A stretch of DNA of 64,000 nucleotides, taken from the NCBI GenBank assembly GCA_038496445.1, contig JALMLS010000156.1:1-64000 (forward strand), read 5' to 3'. The stretch is from Trichosphaerium sp. ATCC 40318. Its lineage: Eukaryota; Protista; Tubulinea. The position numbers and the translations under genes are program-made. Shown here piece by piece: positions 14,049 through 27,201 of this stretch (position 1 is its first letter; each line of letters begins with the position of its first letter). Below the pieces are notes generated by a model. The model was given only the letters and a program-made list of their open reading frames with translations, ran no database searches and had not been told where the DNA came from.

Positions 14049-14702
14049 TTATACATCAATAGGAGTATTACCTTTAGATATAGGGCATTGGTTTGTGCTA
14101 GTATTAGATAGATTCATAAATCCTAATGGAAGGACTACGTTGATACCGAAATGTGTTGAAAAAGTTACACTAAAGCAACCACAGGCAGTGTTTTCCGTAA
14201 GAGTATGTTTCTTCATCGAAGGACTAAAAAAATAAGCAAAAAGCACGTGATTTTTTAACGATGACGCTATCCAAAAATAATTGCGCGTACCATAACTTTA
14301 ACAAGCCCAGTTTAATACAGTGATCCGTCGTATCAGCTTAGAGCTTGTAAGCGGAAGAGATAAAGCGAGAGAAAGGAAAAAAAAAACAAGTTCGACTGTG
14401 TGTATCATACCTGAGAACGTTGTTTCAAGAACTCTAGAGCCTTCATAAGTAATATCTGCTGTAATGCTCTAAGTTTAAAATTAGTAAAAAAAAACGTGAC
14501 TGGAATGATAAAATCAAAGAGGGAGTATGAAGAGTACTTTATTTGGAGCGTTCCAAACTAAATCAGCGCATGCGGAGAAAGTTTTGCTTCCTTCTGTTAT
14601 TTCTGCGCAACAAGAGCATGTTATCTCCTTACAAACACATCCTTGGCTTCCTTGAACAACAGAGACGGATATAATGGCTAATACAAGAACTAAGGTGTAC
14701 AT
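14049..14702 (-). CDS. Secreted Cys-rich DUF4773-like protein, 4 exons
   Basis: Signal peptide plus GCVCKEITCSCCAEI..ACADLVWN|SITADITYEG..|HCIKLGLLKLC|..ACGCFSV..VLPLGF; Cys spacing resembles DUF4773 (recalled). Confidence 0.65.
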
Positions 14703-15141
14703 CGCGCAGATATTTTGGGTATGTTTTTTTAGTCCGATAAGTCGGAGCACATGGTTGTGTACTAAGAAACGGCCCAATTGTTTCGCCGATTAAGATCCAT
14801 AAACGTTTCCAAAAGGGGTTTTAGACATACGTCAGAACTACCAAGCGTTGCCTTGTTAGGTCCGCGAAAGGACTCTTCAGTTCGAACGCGAAATACATCT
14901 TTTCCTATTGCCTTGACAAGAATAGTGACTTGAAATAAGAAAGCATGTTAAATTTAACCATAAGCTACTTTTTAACTTTACTCATGATTAGCAAGCATTT
15001 GAGTGCCAAAACACAAAATACTCCATGAGGCAATAGGCTGTACTCCAGTGATTACCTAGGTGCTCGATACCCATGTAAAAAAAAGCAAGATTGTATAAGT
15101 AATAGAATCACAACACAAAGTAGTTTACTCTTTATTCGATC

Positions 15142-16313
15142 TTATACACTCATACCACCATCAACAACAATCTGTGTTCCAGTAAAATACTTTCCTTTAG
15201 TAGATAGTAGTAGCATTACGATTTGAGCAAGATCTTCAAGCTCTCCTATCTTTTTCAGCAGAGTCATTGACCTAAGAAAAGCAACGTCATATAACAACAC
15301 ATAACATTGTTTTTTTTTAAATAAAAATACGTACGCAAGAGCATCAAGCATACCCTTATCAACCTCACTAAATATCTCAGTTGAAAAAGGTCCTGGACGA
15401 ATGCTATTTACACGAATATTAAAAGCGCTAGCTTCACTTGCCGCACACTTCAAGTGCTGTTAGCAAACAATAAAATCAAGAATCGAAATACCTTCGATAG
15501 TGCATCAATAGCTGCCTTTGTCATGATGTATGCAGAGTGACCAGGTACCGCCTTTTAATAAGTCATATAGTTGCCGTATACATTAAACATACCATAGTGG
15601 ATGTGCATGAACTGTTGTTCACAATACTTCCTCCAGTAGGTGTTGCCTGTTTTTTCATTTGTGCAATTTCGTGTTTGCAACAAAAAAAAGTACCCTTAAG
15701 ATTCACGGCCAAAATACTCTATCATAACTTAGTACACAAGCAATAATAAACATATTCAAACACTAACATCAAGATCTTTCTCTGACAAATCATCAACGAA
15801 AGTGTTAGATCCAAGAAAGCCAGCATTGTTAAACTAAGCAAATAAGAAAAAATCCAATTGGAAAGGCATACAGCTCCATCAATTCGTCCGTAAGCAGTGA
15901 CTGTTTCCTCTATGAATGCTATGACATCTATGTGCATATTAAGTTGTGCTGTTCGCCTACTCAATGAGACTTGCCTGACTCCTTGGCAACATCACAAACT
16001 GTGAACATTGCTGTACCTTCATTAGTTTTAATTTTGCTAACAATAGAATCTCCTTTTTCTTTTCTTCTACCACACATTGAAACCTTAGCGCCTTGGTATC
16101 ACGTGATAAGTACATGAAAGTTCGAAAATAGAATAACATATTAACACACCTTCCTTAGCACACGCTATGGCTACAGCTTCACCTATACCAGAGGTAGCAC
16201 CGGTCACCTAGTTGTATGTTTAGTATTTTGTGATAAGTTCTTTCTTAGAATAACAGTAAATCCAAAGACAACAATGCAGACGAGTTTCACGTTATCTCGA
16301 TAGCAAAGAACAT
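15142..16313 (-). CDS. Classical short-chain dehydrogenase/reductase (5' end uncertain)
   Basis: VTGATSGIG, GRIDGA, FNNAG, IVNSS, YIMTK (YxxxK), IRVNSIRPG, TGTQIVVDGG. Confidence 0.9.
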
Positions 16314-16925
16314 GCTTTTCGGAAAAAAAGAAAAAGACACGCGACGGCGCGTGTCCGGTTTTTCAACACGTGAATGTCATAAAACAATATGCTAAAAACA
16401 ACAAGATTGAAATTACTTGTTTGAATTGAATTAGCGGTAAGTATATTTGCGTACTATAATTACTTGTACTTTAAGCATTTGCTTTTGTTGTCGTTGTTGT
16501 ATTTGAAGTTTAAAAATGAAATTCCACAATAGCTACAGAGAGTTCACAGTATGTGGCACAGTTGGGTAGATTTTCTGAAGTTTAAAGGATAAAAGCCACT
16601 GTGTATCCACAGTTTAGTAGTATTCCGATTGTAAAATTCACTGACAAGCCAGGTGAGCACTTGGCGTAATTGGAGCGTCGAAGTAAACTCTTTAGAAACA
16701 CCGAGGTAAGTGTGTACAGAAGGACTATCTATTGACGAGCTCGTCTACCGTAGTACCTATAATTCAGCATACATCCTATGGTTGCTCCTAACTATTTTAT
16801 TGAGCATACTATTACTTTAGAAGAATACAAGGTAATCATGCTGGAAGCGCTTACAAGAGCGATCAACAGTTTGTCAGTGTCAGTAGCTCTGAATGCGTTG
16901 GTTTAAGCACAGTAAAAACTATAAA

Positions 16926-16996
16926 TGAATCCGTGGGGATTCGAACCCCAAACTTGAGACCCGCAGACTCATGTGATACCTTTACACCACGGAGAC
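16926..16996 (-). tRNA. tRNA-Arg(GCG)-like gene, probably a pseudo-tRNA
   Basis: GTCTCCG TG GTGTAAAGGTATCAC A TGAGT CTGCGGG TCTCA AGTT TGGGG TTCGAAT CCCCA CGGATTC A; intact A and B boxes and a downstream T-run; mismatches at pairs 2:71, 3:70 and 31:39. Confidence 0.7.
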
Positions 16997-18768
16997 ATAT
17001 AACGCCGGCACAGTGAAGATGGTAAAAAAACAGCACGTGATAGAAAAGAAAATCGTCCAAAATATGGGGCTAGCCCGCTACATAAAAAAATGCGCACTTG
17101 GCCGCAATGGGGCTTCCCATACATAAAGAACACATATTGGTGCTTCTTACATGTCTTCACTGTGAGAACAGTGTGTTGAAGAGTAATCTTAACTTTATCT
17201 CATCTGGTAGGAGAACATATTAAGTGCATCCATATAAATTCCTCAGCCACTCTGTAACAAAAGGCATGTTCATTAGAAAGAAAAGTGAAAATTTTCGAAC
17301 GCACTTGTGATGAACTCGTTCGTCTGTATCTCTTGGCCCTTGTCGTCGTTCATTAGTGCGTATGACACTTGAATATGGCCCTCACTACATAACATAAGCA
17401 GTTTGTATCGCTATGGAAGACATGCTTCAGCACAATCAAGAGCTCTTTCGAACAAAACTCGGTTATTTTAAATCAACGTTTTATTGTTGGTGTTGTGTTG
17501 TTTATAATGTATGTTACACACATGCGTTCTAGTACTGTATATTGGAATTTTGATGTTGTGTTTTTCTTTATGATACGTAAAGGTTGTGTAGTTTTGATGA
17601 TCCTGCATTGTTTTACAAGTGTTTTTTGTTGTGACCGTTTTTTTGATACTTTGTGTCGCCATAAGAATCTTGTCATTTGTGGCGCTTGTCGACTTGTTGT
17701 AGTGCCTCTTGATTGTGGAGCACATCGCCAGTGTCTCATTAGATGAAAGTATGATGGTCTATTGCTTGTTCTCTTTGTTGTTGTAAATGACATTGTTAAG
17801 CTTTGTTATAGTAGATGATGTGATGTTGTGGTTACGTTGTTATGGTCGTATTGTGTTTTAATTAATAACCAAAGTAGACGACTAAAATACTGCAAGTTTC
17901 TTGCAAATTGAACACTTGCGTTCCACTTTAAGAAACAAATCTATAATTATATTCAAGAATCATTTGGTTTACCGTGTTGGGTTGCAGAGGATCTGTTTTT
18001 CAAAAAAGGAACTGGTTTGGAATGCAGTCACGTGAAAATTTACGAGATATGCGTGGTCGCCTTAGGAAATCAATGAGAAGAGATCATCAATCCCATAGGT
18101 AGCTACAGAGCCTGGAAATGGGCTGGAAGATTGATCACAGAAAAGGAGAGTTCGGGTTGTGGAAAGTTGTTCGAAAAAAAAAGGGAGGTAGTTGTCTTGG
18201 GCGAAAACATGTATTGTGAATCACGTGATTTACTAAAAATGTTCGAAACCCTTTTAAACGTTTATTATACAATGTAGAAGCAATTATCATTTGCGTTCCT
18301 CTTTTTTCAAATAAAAACAGGAAAATTGTGGTTAAGATTGTTTTTTACGTTCGTCTAGGCTAAATGAGCGTCAACACACTGTGGTGAAAGCATTCGCACC
18401 AGGTAAAACGGGAATAAGGATATGTAATCCATTACGTGATCATTTCTTGGCGTTTATGACCCAATTCTAACTTGGTGGTGCCTTGGCAATACATCACGTC
18501 ATTCTAAAGTTGAATGGATTGCTTTGCGCCTCTATTTATGGTTGTGTTAACTCCAGTACGTGACGAGTTCTCTCAAGTGATTATTTACAAACGGTGGTAC
18601 ACAGTTTTTTTGACATTATTTCAGTAATTAAACAAACACAACTTGGGAAAAAAAAATATCATCTTATTTTTATTTATTTTTGGGCGTGCACGCACAAGAA
18701 GAGCAAAAAAATCGACTGTGAAGGGTTAGGTGTGCATGTATGTTGGTTCTTCATATCTCTTTTGTTTT

Positions 18769-21700
18769 TTACTTAGAGTCATTGTAAAAGTATGTTCCTA
18801 ATGAAGTAAATAAGCCAAAAATAGAAGAAAAGAGATTATGTTCAAAAAAAATTGTTGTTGCTTTTTTGTCTTATTACGAACTGAGAGTATAAGATATACT
18901 TTCTTAGGTATAGTGTTGCAATACCACAAATTAATTTTAACGAGTGTATCTGCATTATTTTCTTTTTGATGAGCGTACCTTTACGTTTTTGTTCAGAATC
19001 TTTTTGAGAACCAGATTTGTTGATTCTTGGACGGAAGTTATTAGGATCACGACGGAATGTAATTTCTAGTTGTTTCAAGAACATGTTGAATCCAGTTACC
19101 AAGTCTTTTGGTGCATGTGCCTTGGTATGAATAGAAGGTGTACCTGTAAAAAAAAAGTCAACAAACAAAAACCTCAAAGAAGTGCATAAAAAAATAAAAA
19201 GAAATCAAAAACAAAAACCCAAAAACCGCATTCTTACCAGAGTATGTTACAACACGATCTGCGAGGTATGTAGCCATGATGAAATCATGCTCTACAATAA
19301 ATGCAGTACGCTTTGCGTGCAAGATGAATCGCTTAATGACCTAAAAACAATGGAATTCAACAAGACAGTTCAAGAAAGGTAAAAAATAAATTTCATCATA
19401 ATGCAACTGGATTCGTACCTTAGCAGCAGTAACACGTTGCTCAGCATCAAGGTAAGCACTAGGTTCGTCAATGAGGTAGATATCTGCTGGTTGACCAAGA
19501 GAAAGCGTAATAGCAACACGTTGCAATTCACCACCTGATAATTCTTGAACTAGCTGATCATACAAACGCTCAACTTGAAGTGGCTTGATGACATCAGTAA
19601 CGAACTGAGGGTGACTATGAGAACTTCTAATCTTCTTCATAAAGAGATCCTTAACAGTACCCTATTGTAAACACATGTAAGTAACAACCAAGAATCAAGA
19701 AAATCGAAGAAAGATCATCAAAAAAAAAAGAGAAAAAACTTTTGAACTTACAGGGAACTTTGGACTGATTTTTTGTGGCTTGTAACTAATGTGTAGCTTC
19801 TCTAGTTCTTTGTCCGAGTCATCAGCCTTAAGCAAACCAGCAAGAAGTCTCATGAACGTCGTTTTACCAGTACCATTCTCACCAACAAGAACGATAATTT
19901 CAGACTCAGTAAACTCTCCAGCTTCAACATCAAGAGTAAAGTCTCCCATTTTTTTAGTCATATTAGGGTAGCTGTAATTCCTGTGTCTCTTAGATGATCT
20001 CTCTACATTCTCTGAGATCTAAAGAGAATAAGTAAGCTAAAATATAAGATAAAGGATGAGTACCTTAAAGGTTAGAGTAGTATCCCTGAATCGAAGATTT
20101 TCTGTAGGAATAAACCCGGCAAGAAAAACGTTGATTCCTTCTCTTACACCATATGGTAAAGTAACAACACCGTATGCACCTGGTGTTCCGTATAGTACAC
20201 ATACAAAGTCAGATAGGTAATCAAGAACAGAGAGATCGTGTTCTACAACAATAACGTAGGTTTGTTCACCGTAGTCTACAATATCGCGAATAACTGTAGC
20301 GGCATTAAGACGTTGACGGACATCCAAGTATGAGGAAGGCTCATCAAACATGTAACTGTGAAGTAAGAAATAAGCAATCTTTTTTGAGAAATCATCGAAA
20401 AAGCTTTTTGGTATTTTTGAAGGTCAGACTTTTTTTTTTGCCGCCTTTTTTAATGTTTGTTGGTTATCTCTTTTCTTTATGGTTTGGGGGAATTTAAACA
20501 AATTGTGCTGTTACTCTAGAATCAACACAAAGCCCGGAGGCAAGGTTTCATCTTGAAAAATAAATATAGTTTTCAACTTAGTTTGTTTGAAAATTGAGAA
20601 AAAAAAATGTGGTTTTCAATATTGAAAATAATTTTAACGTACATTTGAGCCTTTTGAACACATACAACAGCAATAGCGAAACGTTGGAGTTCACCACCAG
20701 ATAAATGCTGGATTTCTCTGTCGAGTACACGGCTTAAATCAAGTTTTTTGATCAGTTCGTCTGTTTTTTCAGGACGTTTTGATTTTCTCGTCATAATACC
20801 CTCAACTGTTCCTTTTACTGCGCGAGGGATGTTGTCCACGTATTGTGGTTTAACAATAGCCTAATAACATTAATGTTAAGGAACGAGAACAACCGATAGA
20901 ATAAAAAGCAAGATAAAACTCCCTATGCGAGCGCTACACGCGCTCAATAATACGTAGAGGTACATACCTTAATATTATCCTCCAAGAGTTTTGTAAAATA
21001 ATTTTGAAGCTCAGAACCACGCCAATATTGAAGAATCTCACTCCAATCAGGTTGTTCGTCTCTCTACAGTACATTAATGGAAGGTGTCGTGGCATTCTTT
21101 TGTAAAAGTGACGTCAAATGTCTCAAAAACGTTTTGGACAAACAACGCCGTACGAGACGCTGCGTGTATGACCTTGACGTACTCTGTAACGACCGAGATT
21201 AGGTTTCAGTTTACCAGCAAGCATCTTTAGAGCGGTAGACTTTCCGATACCGTTTGTACCTACCAATCCGAGTACTTGGCCAGAGCTAAAAGGGTTTAGA
21301 AGCGAGTTAAAGCAAGAAAATGTAAAAAACAGTACAAATTAACGAAAAGAGCGTATGAGGCTAGAATACTACGCGCTAGGTTTCCGTTTATCGAAAAGAG
21401 AAATACTGCTGAAAAACACGCAGAGAGTTGTAATCAAAAGTGAAAAATAACAATTACTCACCGTGGTACAGGTAAACGATGAAGCTTGAACTGATTAGGG
21501 CCATAACGATAGGTTGTTTCCTTCTCCAAATTTTTTGGAAGGTTAATAATGTTAATGGCTTTGAATGGGCATCTCTTGATACAAATACCACAACCAATGC
21601 ATAGAATCTCTGATAGTTGGGCTTGTTTCGATTTTTGAGTTACTTGTATGCACAATTTACCTTACACAGGATCGTTAGTACTGAGCGTTGTTATTTTACA

Positions 21701-21857
21701 GCAATATTGTACCTCCGCGATTTACAGGACATGCTTTTCTACATTCCTGAGCGCATCTCTTTGGCTTACACTTGTCCTTAGCCACAATAGCGATTCGAGT
21801 TAATGAGTCGGTAGGGTCGCCCTTCTTTCCTTTACGTCTAGATCCCTTGTTGGACAT
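18769..21857 (-). CDS. ABCE1: ABCE1/RLI1 ribosome recycling ATPase
   Basis: Fe-S domain [13 protein letters not shown]; two ABC domains ([37 protein letters not shown]); C-terminal [15 protein letters not shown]. Confidence 0.98.
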
Positions 21858-22015
21858 TCTTACAGTTTATTGGTTTGTATGAAACCTTAGGTGGTTGCGG
21901 TAACAGAATTTCAACAAAGAAAAGCAGAAAAAATTCACCAAACGAGAAAAAAAAAAAAGTCAAACTGAGCATTTCTCACTTGGAAAGTCAGTCAAGAAAG
22001 AACCTATACAAAGAA

Positions 22016-23982
22016 ATGGAAGTAATATTTGTTGTTTCGAAGACAGAGAGCTTGGTACTTGAATTAAGAACAGGGTTGATAAGAGAGCGTACAACCAAAG
22101 TAAAGGCATGGAATAAGCATAAGATAACAACTAGAAGCGTAAATGAAGCGTTTACGCTATGGAAACCAAAGAAAACGACAAAAAGTGAAAGAGGGCTCAG
22201 TTGGAACTGGTTTATTGTACGTTAGCAACACTAAACGCGTTTTCAAAGCGTACGCTCGAAATTAAAGCGAAATTGAGAAAATTGCCATAACCTAACTTGA
22301 AAAGCATTTTGAGCGCTTTTATACGTTCTCTATATGCGCTGGAACCTATTTTCATACCAAAAATCTGTGTAGCAGTACACGTGGGACAAGACCAAATTCA
22401 AACAATTGGAGCTTCTAAAACCTTTGCTAAAAATGCTGTCTTCTTGTATTTCTGCATCACACTCATTTCCTATGTAGGAGGCAAACGCTCAAGCTGTCCG
22501 CGACCGTAACACCCTTCTACCTTCAGCTCTTGCAGATGGTGTGGTGGCTGCATCAACGTACGACAAAGACAACTATTTTTTTTTTGAAGTTCTAAATGAT
22601 TGCAAATACGTTTGTTACTCTTATCTCTTGATCTTTTTTTTTATTATGAAACATATGAGCTCATTGTGTTATTATATAGGTGTGGAAACTACTTGATCAT
22701 CGGTGACGAAAAGGGTAACCTTAGCGTTTATATCTGGAAACCTCGTATCATTGGTTCATTGACTCCTCTCGTTTCTCACTCAAATGTACTAAGAGGTCCT
22801 ACACGTGCTATCAAAATGAACGAGAGTTGGGTTGTAGCAACAGGTATGTATTTTTACGTATTCACAGACGCCTATTTTAGAAGGTTTTTGTCGTTGTTAG
22901 TGAATTAATTCTTACGCATTTTAGGAAGCGATGGTGTACTCCATGTTTATCCTATATCAGCACTACTATCAGGAGCTTCTAGTAAAATGCTATGGCACTC
23001 CTTCGGAGAGCATTCACTCCCTATAACCGACATATGGTTACCTCCAGGAAACACTATTTATACTGCTGCTCAAGACCAAACAATGAAGGTTTGGGATATA
23101 GCTACTAAACAAAGGCTACTATCAGTGAGCTTTCCAACGGCACTAAGGTGTGTCGTGGTATCTCAGATGCAAGACAGGCACGTTTTTAAACGCCAAACAG
23201 TTGAATCTTTGGTTATTTCTTAATTTTGAGTGTAGGATCTATGTTGGTGGTAAAAATGGTAGAATATATCGTGTGGATACTGCTCATGTGACTTCAATGG
23301 ATTTCGAGATTAATTACAGAAAGGAATCAACAAAAGGATTGTTTGTTGGTCACAAGTAAGCTTTTTTTGAGTTCGAATAAGATTTTCTTGGTTGTGTTTT
23401 GACATTTGGGTTAGAGCACCTGTAAATTCGATTACTGTATCTCTTGATGGATCTATACTTGTATCAGGATCTGAAGATGGAGCTGTATATGCTTGGGACA
23501 CTGTAACTTGTCAGTTACTCCAAACTTGGAATCCAGCAATAGGTATAATTTAAGAAGGTTTTTTTATTGCACTCGAGCAACCGTCTCATTAAATTGCTTT
23601 AGGTGCTATTTCCTATGCACGTATCTTCCTCAAGGTAAAGATTGAAGACCATACAAAGACACCACGAGGTGGTATGGTTGTAGCATCCAACCAAATTGAG
23701 GAACTTCCAATTGTGTCTCGACAACAAAACGCTATTGTCATGAATGAAGTCTGGGGAAGTCAGCCACCTGGAACTGCTTGGGATTCTCAAACACTTGACG
23801 AGATAATGTCAGAATCTACATCAACATATGCCAATGTAAGATCACGTATTGGAGCAGGCAGAGCAACAAGACCAGTCCAAAAAAAGAAGGTATGCTCCAC
23901 CTAAAAGTACTTCATTTTATTCTTATTTTATTCTTAGAAACATTCCGGTTTCTATGACGATCTAGCTGAGCGTATGAACTAG
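22016..23982 (+). CDS. WDR18: WD40 protein, WDR18/Ipi3-like (Rix1 complex)
   Basis: HSFGEHSLPITDI, TAAQDQTMKVWDI, LLSVSFPT, GHK|APVNSITVSLDGSILVSGSEDG. Confidence 0.75.
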
Positions 23983-24088
23983 ATATTAATGTAAAATTAA
24001 CTATTTTCCTTGTTAATTTGTGAGTGTACCCGTGGGCACAAAATAAAGACATTAAAAACGTCAACCAGTAAATGTAGAACATTGTCAC

Positions 24089-24440
24089 TCAAACAAGTTC
24101 GTTCAGCATACAAAGTGCACCTTTGATAGTTAGCAAAACCTTCATCCGTAACTCCTGTACAGCGAACATATACAGCATACGCTTTAGAAGATAACGCATA
24201 CTTTCATCACTAACATGTGAGCCATATAAATATAACACTAATCGTATTAATACCACAAATGCCTTAATACAATCATCTGCATAGTAACCAAGGCGATGAA
24301 CGCCTTTAAGATTTTGTATGCCTGCACTGGAAATATTGCTACCGCCAAAACTGGGAAGGGCAATTGTGTACTCCAGCAAGGGACTTGACGCTTCATTTGT
24401 ATTTGCATCAAGATGAATTTAATTAACTCCTTTTAATGAA
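24089..24440 (-). pseudogene. Degenerate fragment of the 'GVHT' LRR family seen at 58.4-59.3 kb
   Basis: Remnant motifs SNISSAGIQNLKGVH, LYGSHVSDESM and (in another frame) CTGVTDEG, with frameshifts. Confidence 0.55.
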
Positions 24441-24567
24441 GTTTTTTTTGAGTGCAATGTCAAAAAACAGAATTCATGTCATGTCTCACTTGAATGAATG
24501 CATAGTTGACAATTAATCATTTTATTGTTTTTATTTTCTTTCTTATTAATAATATAAAAACATAATT

Positions 24568-26921
24568 TTAACTTCTTGATAGGAGTGGTTCTTGTTCATC
24601 CTTCTAAATCTTTTCGTTAGAAAACAAATCAATTCATTTCAGAAAATCTCATTTGTTTTAAAACGTGTTCTATTACCTTAGTATCAGTCTTTACTACGTT
24701 ACCTCTGTAACTCATAATAACAGATAAAATAAGCTAGAACAAAAAATGTGAGCAAGGGGATAAGAAAAAGAAAAGAAAACATAAACATACCAATATAACA
24801 ACAAGCAAAGCTGCAACGGATATCATAACCCAGAACCAAGTACTCTGATAAAACTCATTCCAGAACCCAGGTGCTTCTACAAAACAAGTATGAGCACACT
24901 CGAACTACAAACAAACCACATACCTGCAACTGGACCGCTGACAATCTCCGAAGGTGTCATTGCTAAAAAGTAGAAAAAAATAAGAAAAGTACTGTAATAG
25001 AAGTCTTCAACACGTACTTCTGTTGTATCTTACATTATCATATAGATGTTGTACATCAATATCAAAATAAGGTGAGTACATAAAAGGTAGCTGTAGATGA
25101 TCTTTAGTAACAATAGAGAAACTGTTGACGCCTAAAAGCAAAAAAAGTTAAAAAAAACCTCAAAGCTAAAGCAAAAAAAATGGACAGAAGTCATTGTTAA
25201 AAAGGACAATGAATGATTAATGAACTTATTAAAACACTCCAAAAGACTGTTTTTAGCACGAAAAGAATAATGTATGCATAGCATACTGTGAAATCTCTTA
25301 AGAAAGTTTCTGCTTTTTTTTTTCGTTTTTACCATTTGCAAAGTTTTCGGTGGATTCTGAGCTGCCAATTGACACGTTATATACCCAAGGACCACCTAGT
25401 AATTTTATCAGCAACTTCTTTAATGTGATGAGCTTAATTCATTTAAAAACTATACCAGAGGCACCAGAGGATAAGTGTGAGTGAAGTCCTACAAAAAGAG
25501 GAGGTTGTATACAGTCAGTAAAACAAACTGTATGATTGAAAGTTTCGACCATCTGGTCGCCACCCTGAAAAGCAACTGGATATCCAATGGCTGACATTGG
25601 TTTACCTAGAACATATAAGCCAATAAATTAATCTTGTAGGGTGCATACCTGGAGCATGACCAAGTTGAGTTATTAATTTCAGCACAGGAAATCTTTCTCC
25701 AATATTTTTACCAAGGTAAGGCTACAATAAGTGTTAAACAAACTAAAGTTATGGTGTACACCACAATATTGTACTGTATCACGTACTCTAAGTGTTACAA
25801 AGGCAACATCTCTTGTTAGGTTACCTTAAAACCAGCAAAGTTAGAAAACAAAAAGTCATCAAAAAAAAAAAAATTGATTTTAGGTACCGTGGTAATACCA
25901 TGCTTTGAAAGCGTGATACTGCTCAGCTTCCCATACTTCTCCACCTTTTTTTTAGTATTAGAAATATATAGTGTATCCACAATCTCATTAAACTACTCAC
26001 CGCTGTAGTATTGTGGAGAAAAAGACCTACAAAAAAAGGTTAAGTTTTTTTGAACCTAGAACTGTCTCGAAGCAAATAAAAACTAGCACTTACCATTGGA
26101 GATGCCATCCTTTATCCTTACCTGTCAAAAAAAAAAAGTCAACAAATATTTATGTGGAGAATAGCACGAAGTAGTTGTTGATAACGAGTCTCGTATTTAG
26201 GTTCTTTATTTGTTTTTTCAAAAAACAAAAGAAGATCCAGAAAAAATCAGTACCTCCAGCAACGCAATGACCTGCAGTCATTATTATATTTTCGCCTACG
26301 ATAGATCCACTGCACACAAAATCTTTTTTTGTTACTGCATCAACGAAAAAGACTTTACCAGCCTTCAAACGGAAAAAAAGTTAAAAAAATGAGGAAACAA
26401 TGTGCCGATGTTTTCGGCACGGGTATTCACTATCACGTGACTATCGTACGGAAGAATAAGGAGATGTGGAGAATAGATTTGTAGAAACATAATGGGTGCC
26501 TTCATCTGGAAGAACTTTCGCATGAGGTTCAGCACCAACAGACTTCAACAAACAGTTACGAAAAACCAAAAAAAAATATAACATACACGTTTCCTAGCGA
26601 ATGCTCGCGCGTGTTTAAGCACTTCATCAGGAACCATAACCTGGCCATCTGTATAATGCTCTGTTGAATCTATTTTCAAATGATATGGCGTAGCAGCCTC
26701 CCTATCAAACAGTGTTGGTACAATTCGTTGATCACGTGTGAAAAAAAAATAAATAAATAAAAAGAATTAGTATTTTACCTTTTCTCCTTTGTCCAATATT
26801 GTTTTGGACTATCTACACCTCTCTTGGGTGTTTGTACTCTATATGATACAAATTTTCCATCGCAATATTGTACAAATAACGTTAACGCAGATACAAAGAT
26901 TACTAGGCGTAACATCAACAT
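24568..26921 (-). CDS. Membrane-anchored chymotrypsin-clan serine protease of bacterial V8-like type
   Basis: Signal peptide; GKVFF, CSGSIV, TAGHC (His), RDVAF (Asp), GYP, GASG|GPW (Ser), SPYF; C-terminal TM and EQEPLL tail. Confidence 0.85.
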
Positions 26922-27201
26922 AAAGAAGCCTTGTTACTTGTGGAGTATCAGAACAATGTGTGATCACGTGAGCAAAGTCCTGAAAAATCAAGATAGTCCC
27001 GTGCTGCAGTTATGGTGACGTATTAAAAAAGTAGCTAGCGGAAGAAGTAGCGATGTTACGATGTGAAACCAAAGTGGAAAGAGCTCAAATTTTTATTGTT
27101 AAGACTTTTATTCAGATTTTTTTTGTTTTTTGTACAAATGCCGCATAAGGGGTTTACTGTTGCCTTTTTTGAAGTGCTGTCTTCGTCTTTGAGTTCCTTG
27201 A

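Noticed and set aside
13950-14170. Ulp1/SUMO-protease-like motifs on the plus strand (IVDSFMYTK, VLPLDIGHWFVLVLD)
   Set aside because: The GHW segment is the antisense of the last exon of the DUF4773-like gene, and no Gln/Cys catalytic motif follows
17170-17793. Possible spliced gene on the minus strand
   Set aside because: Could not build a consistent exon chain or recognise any domain
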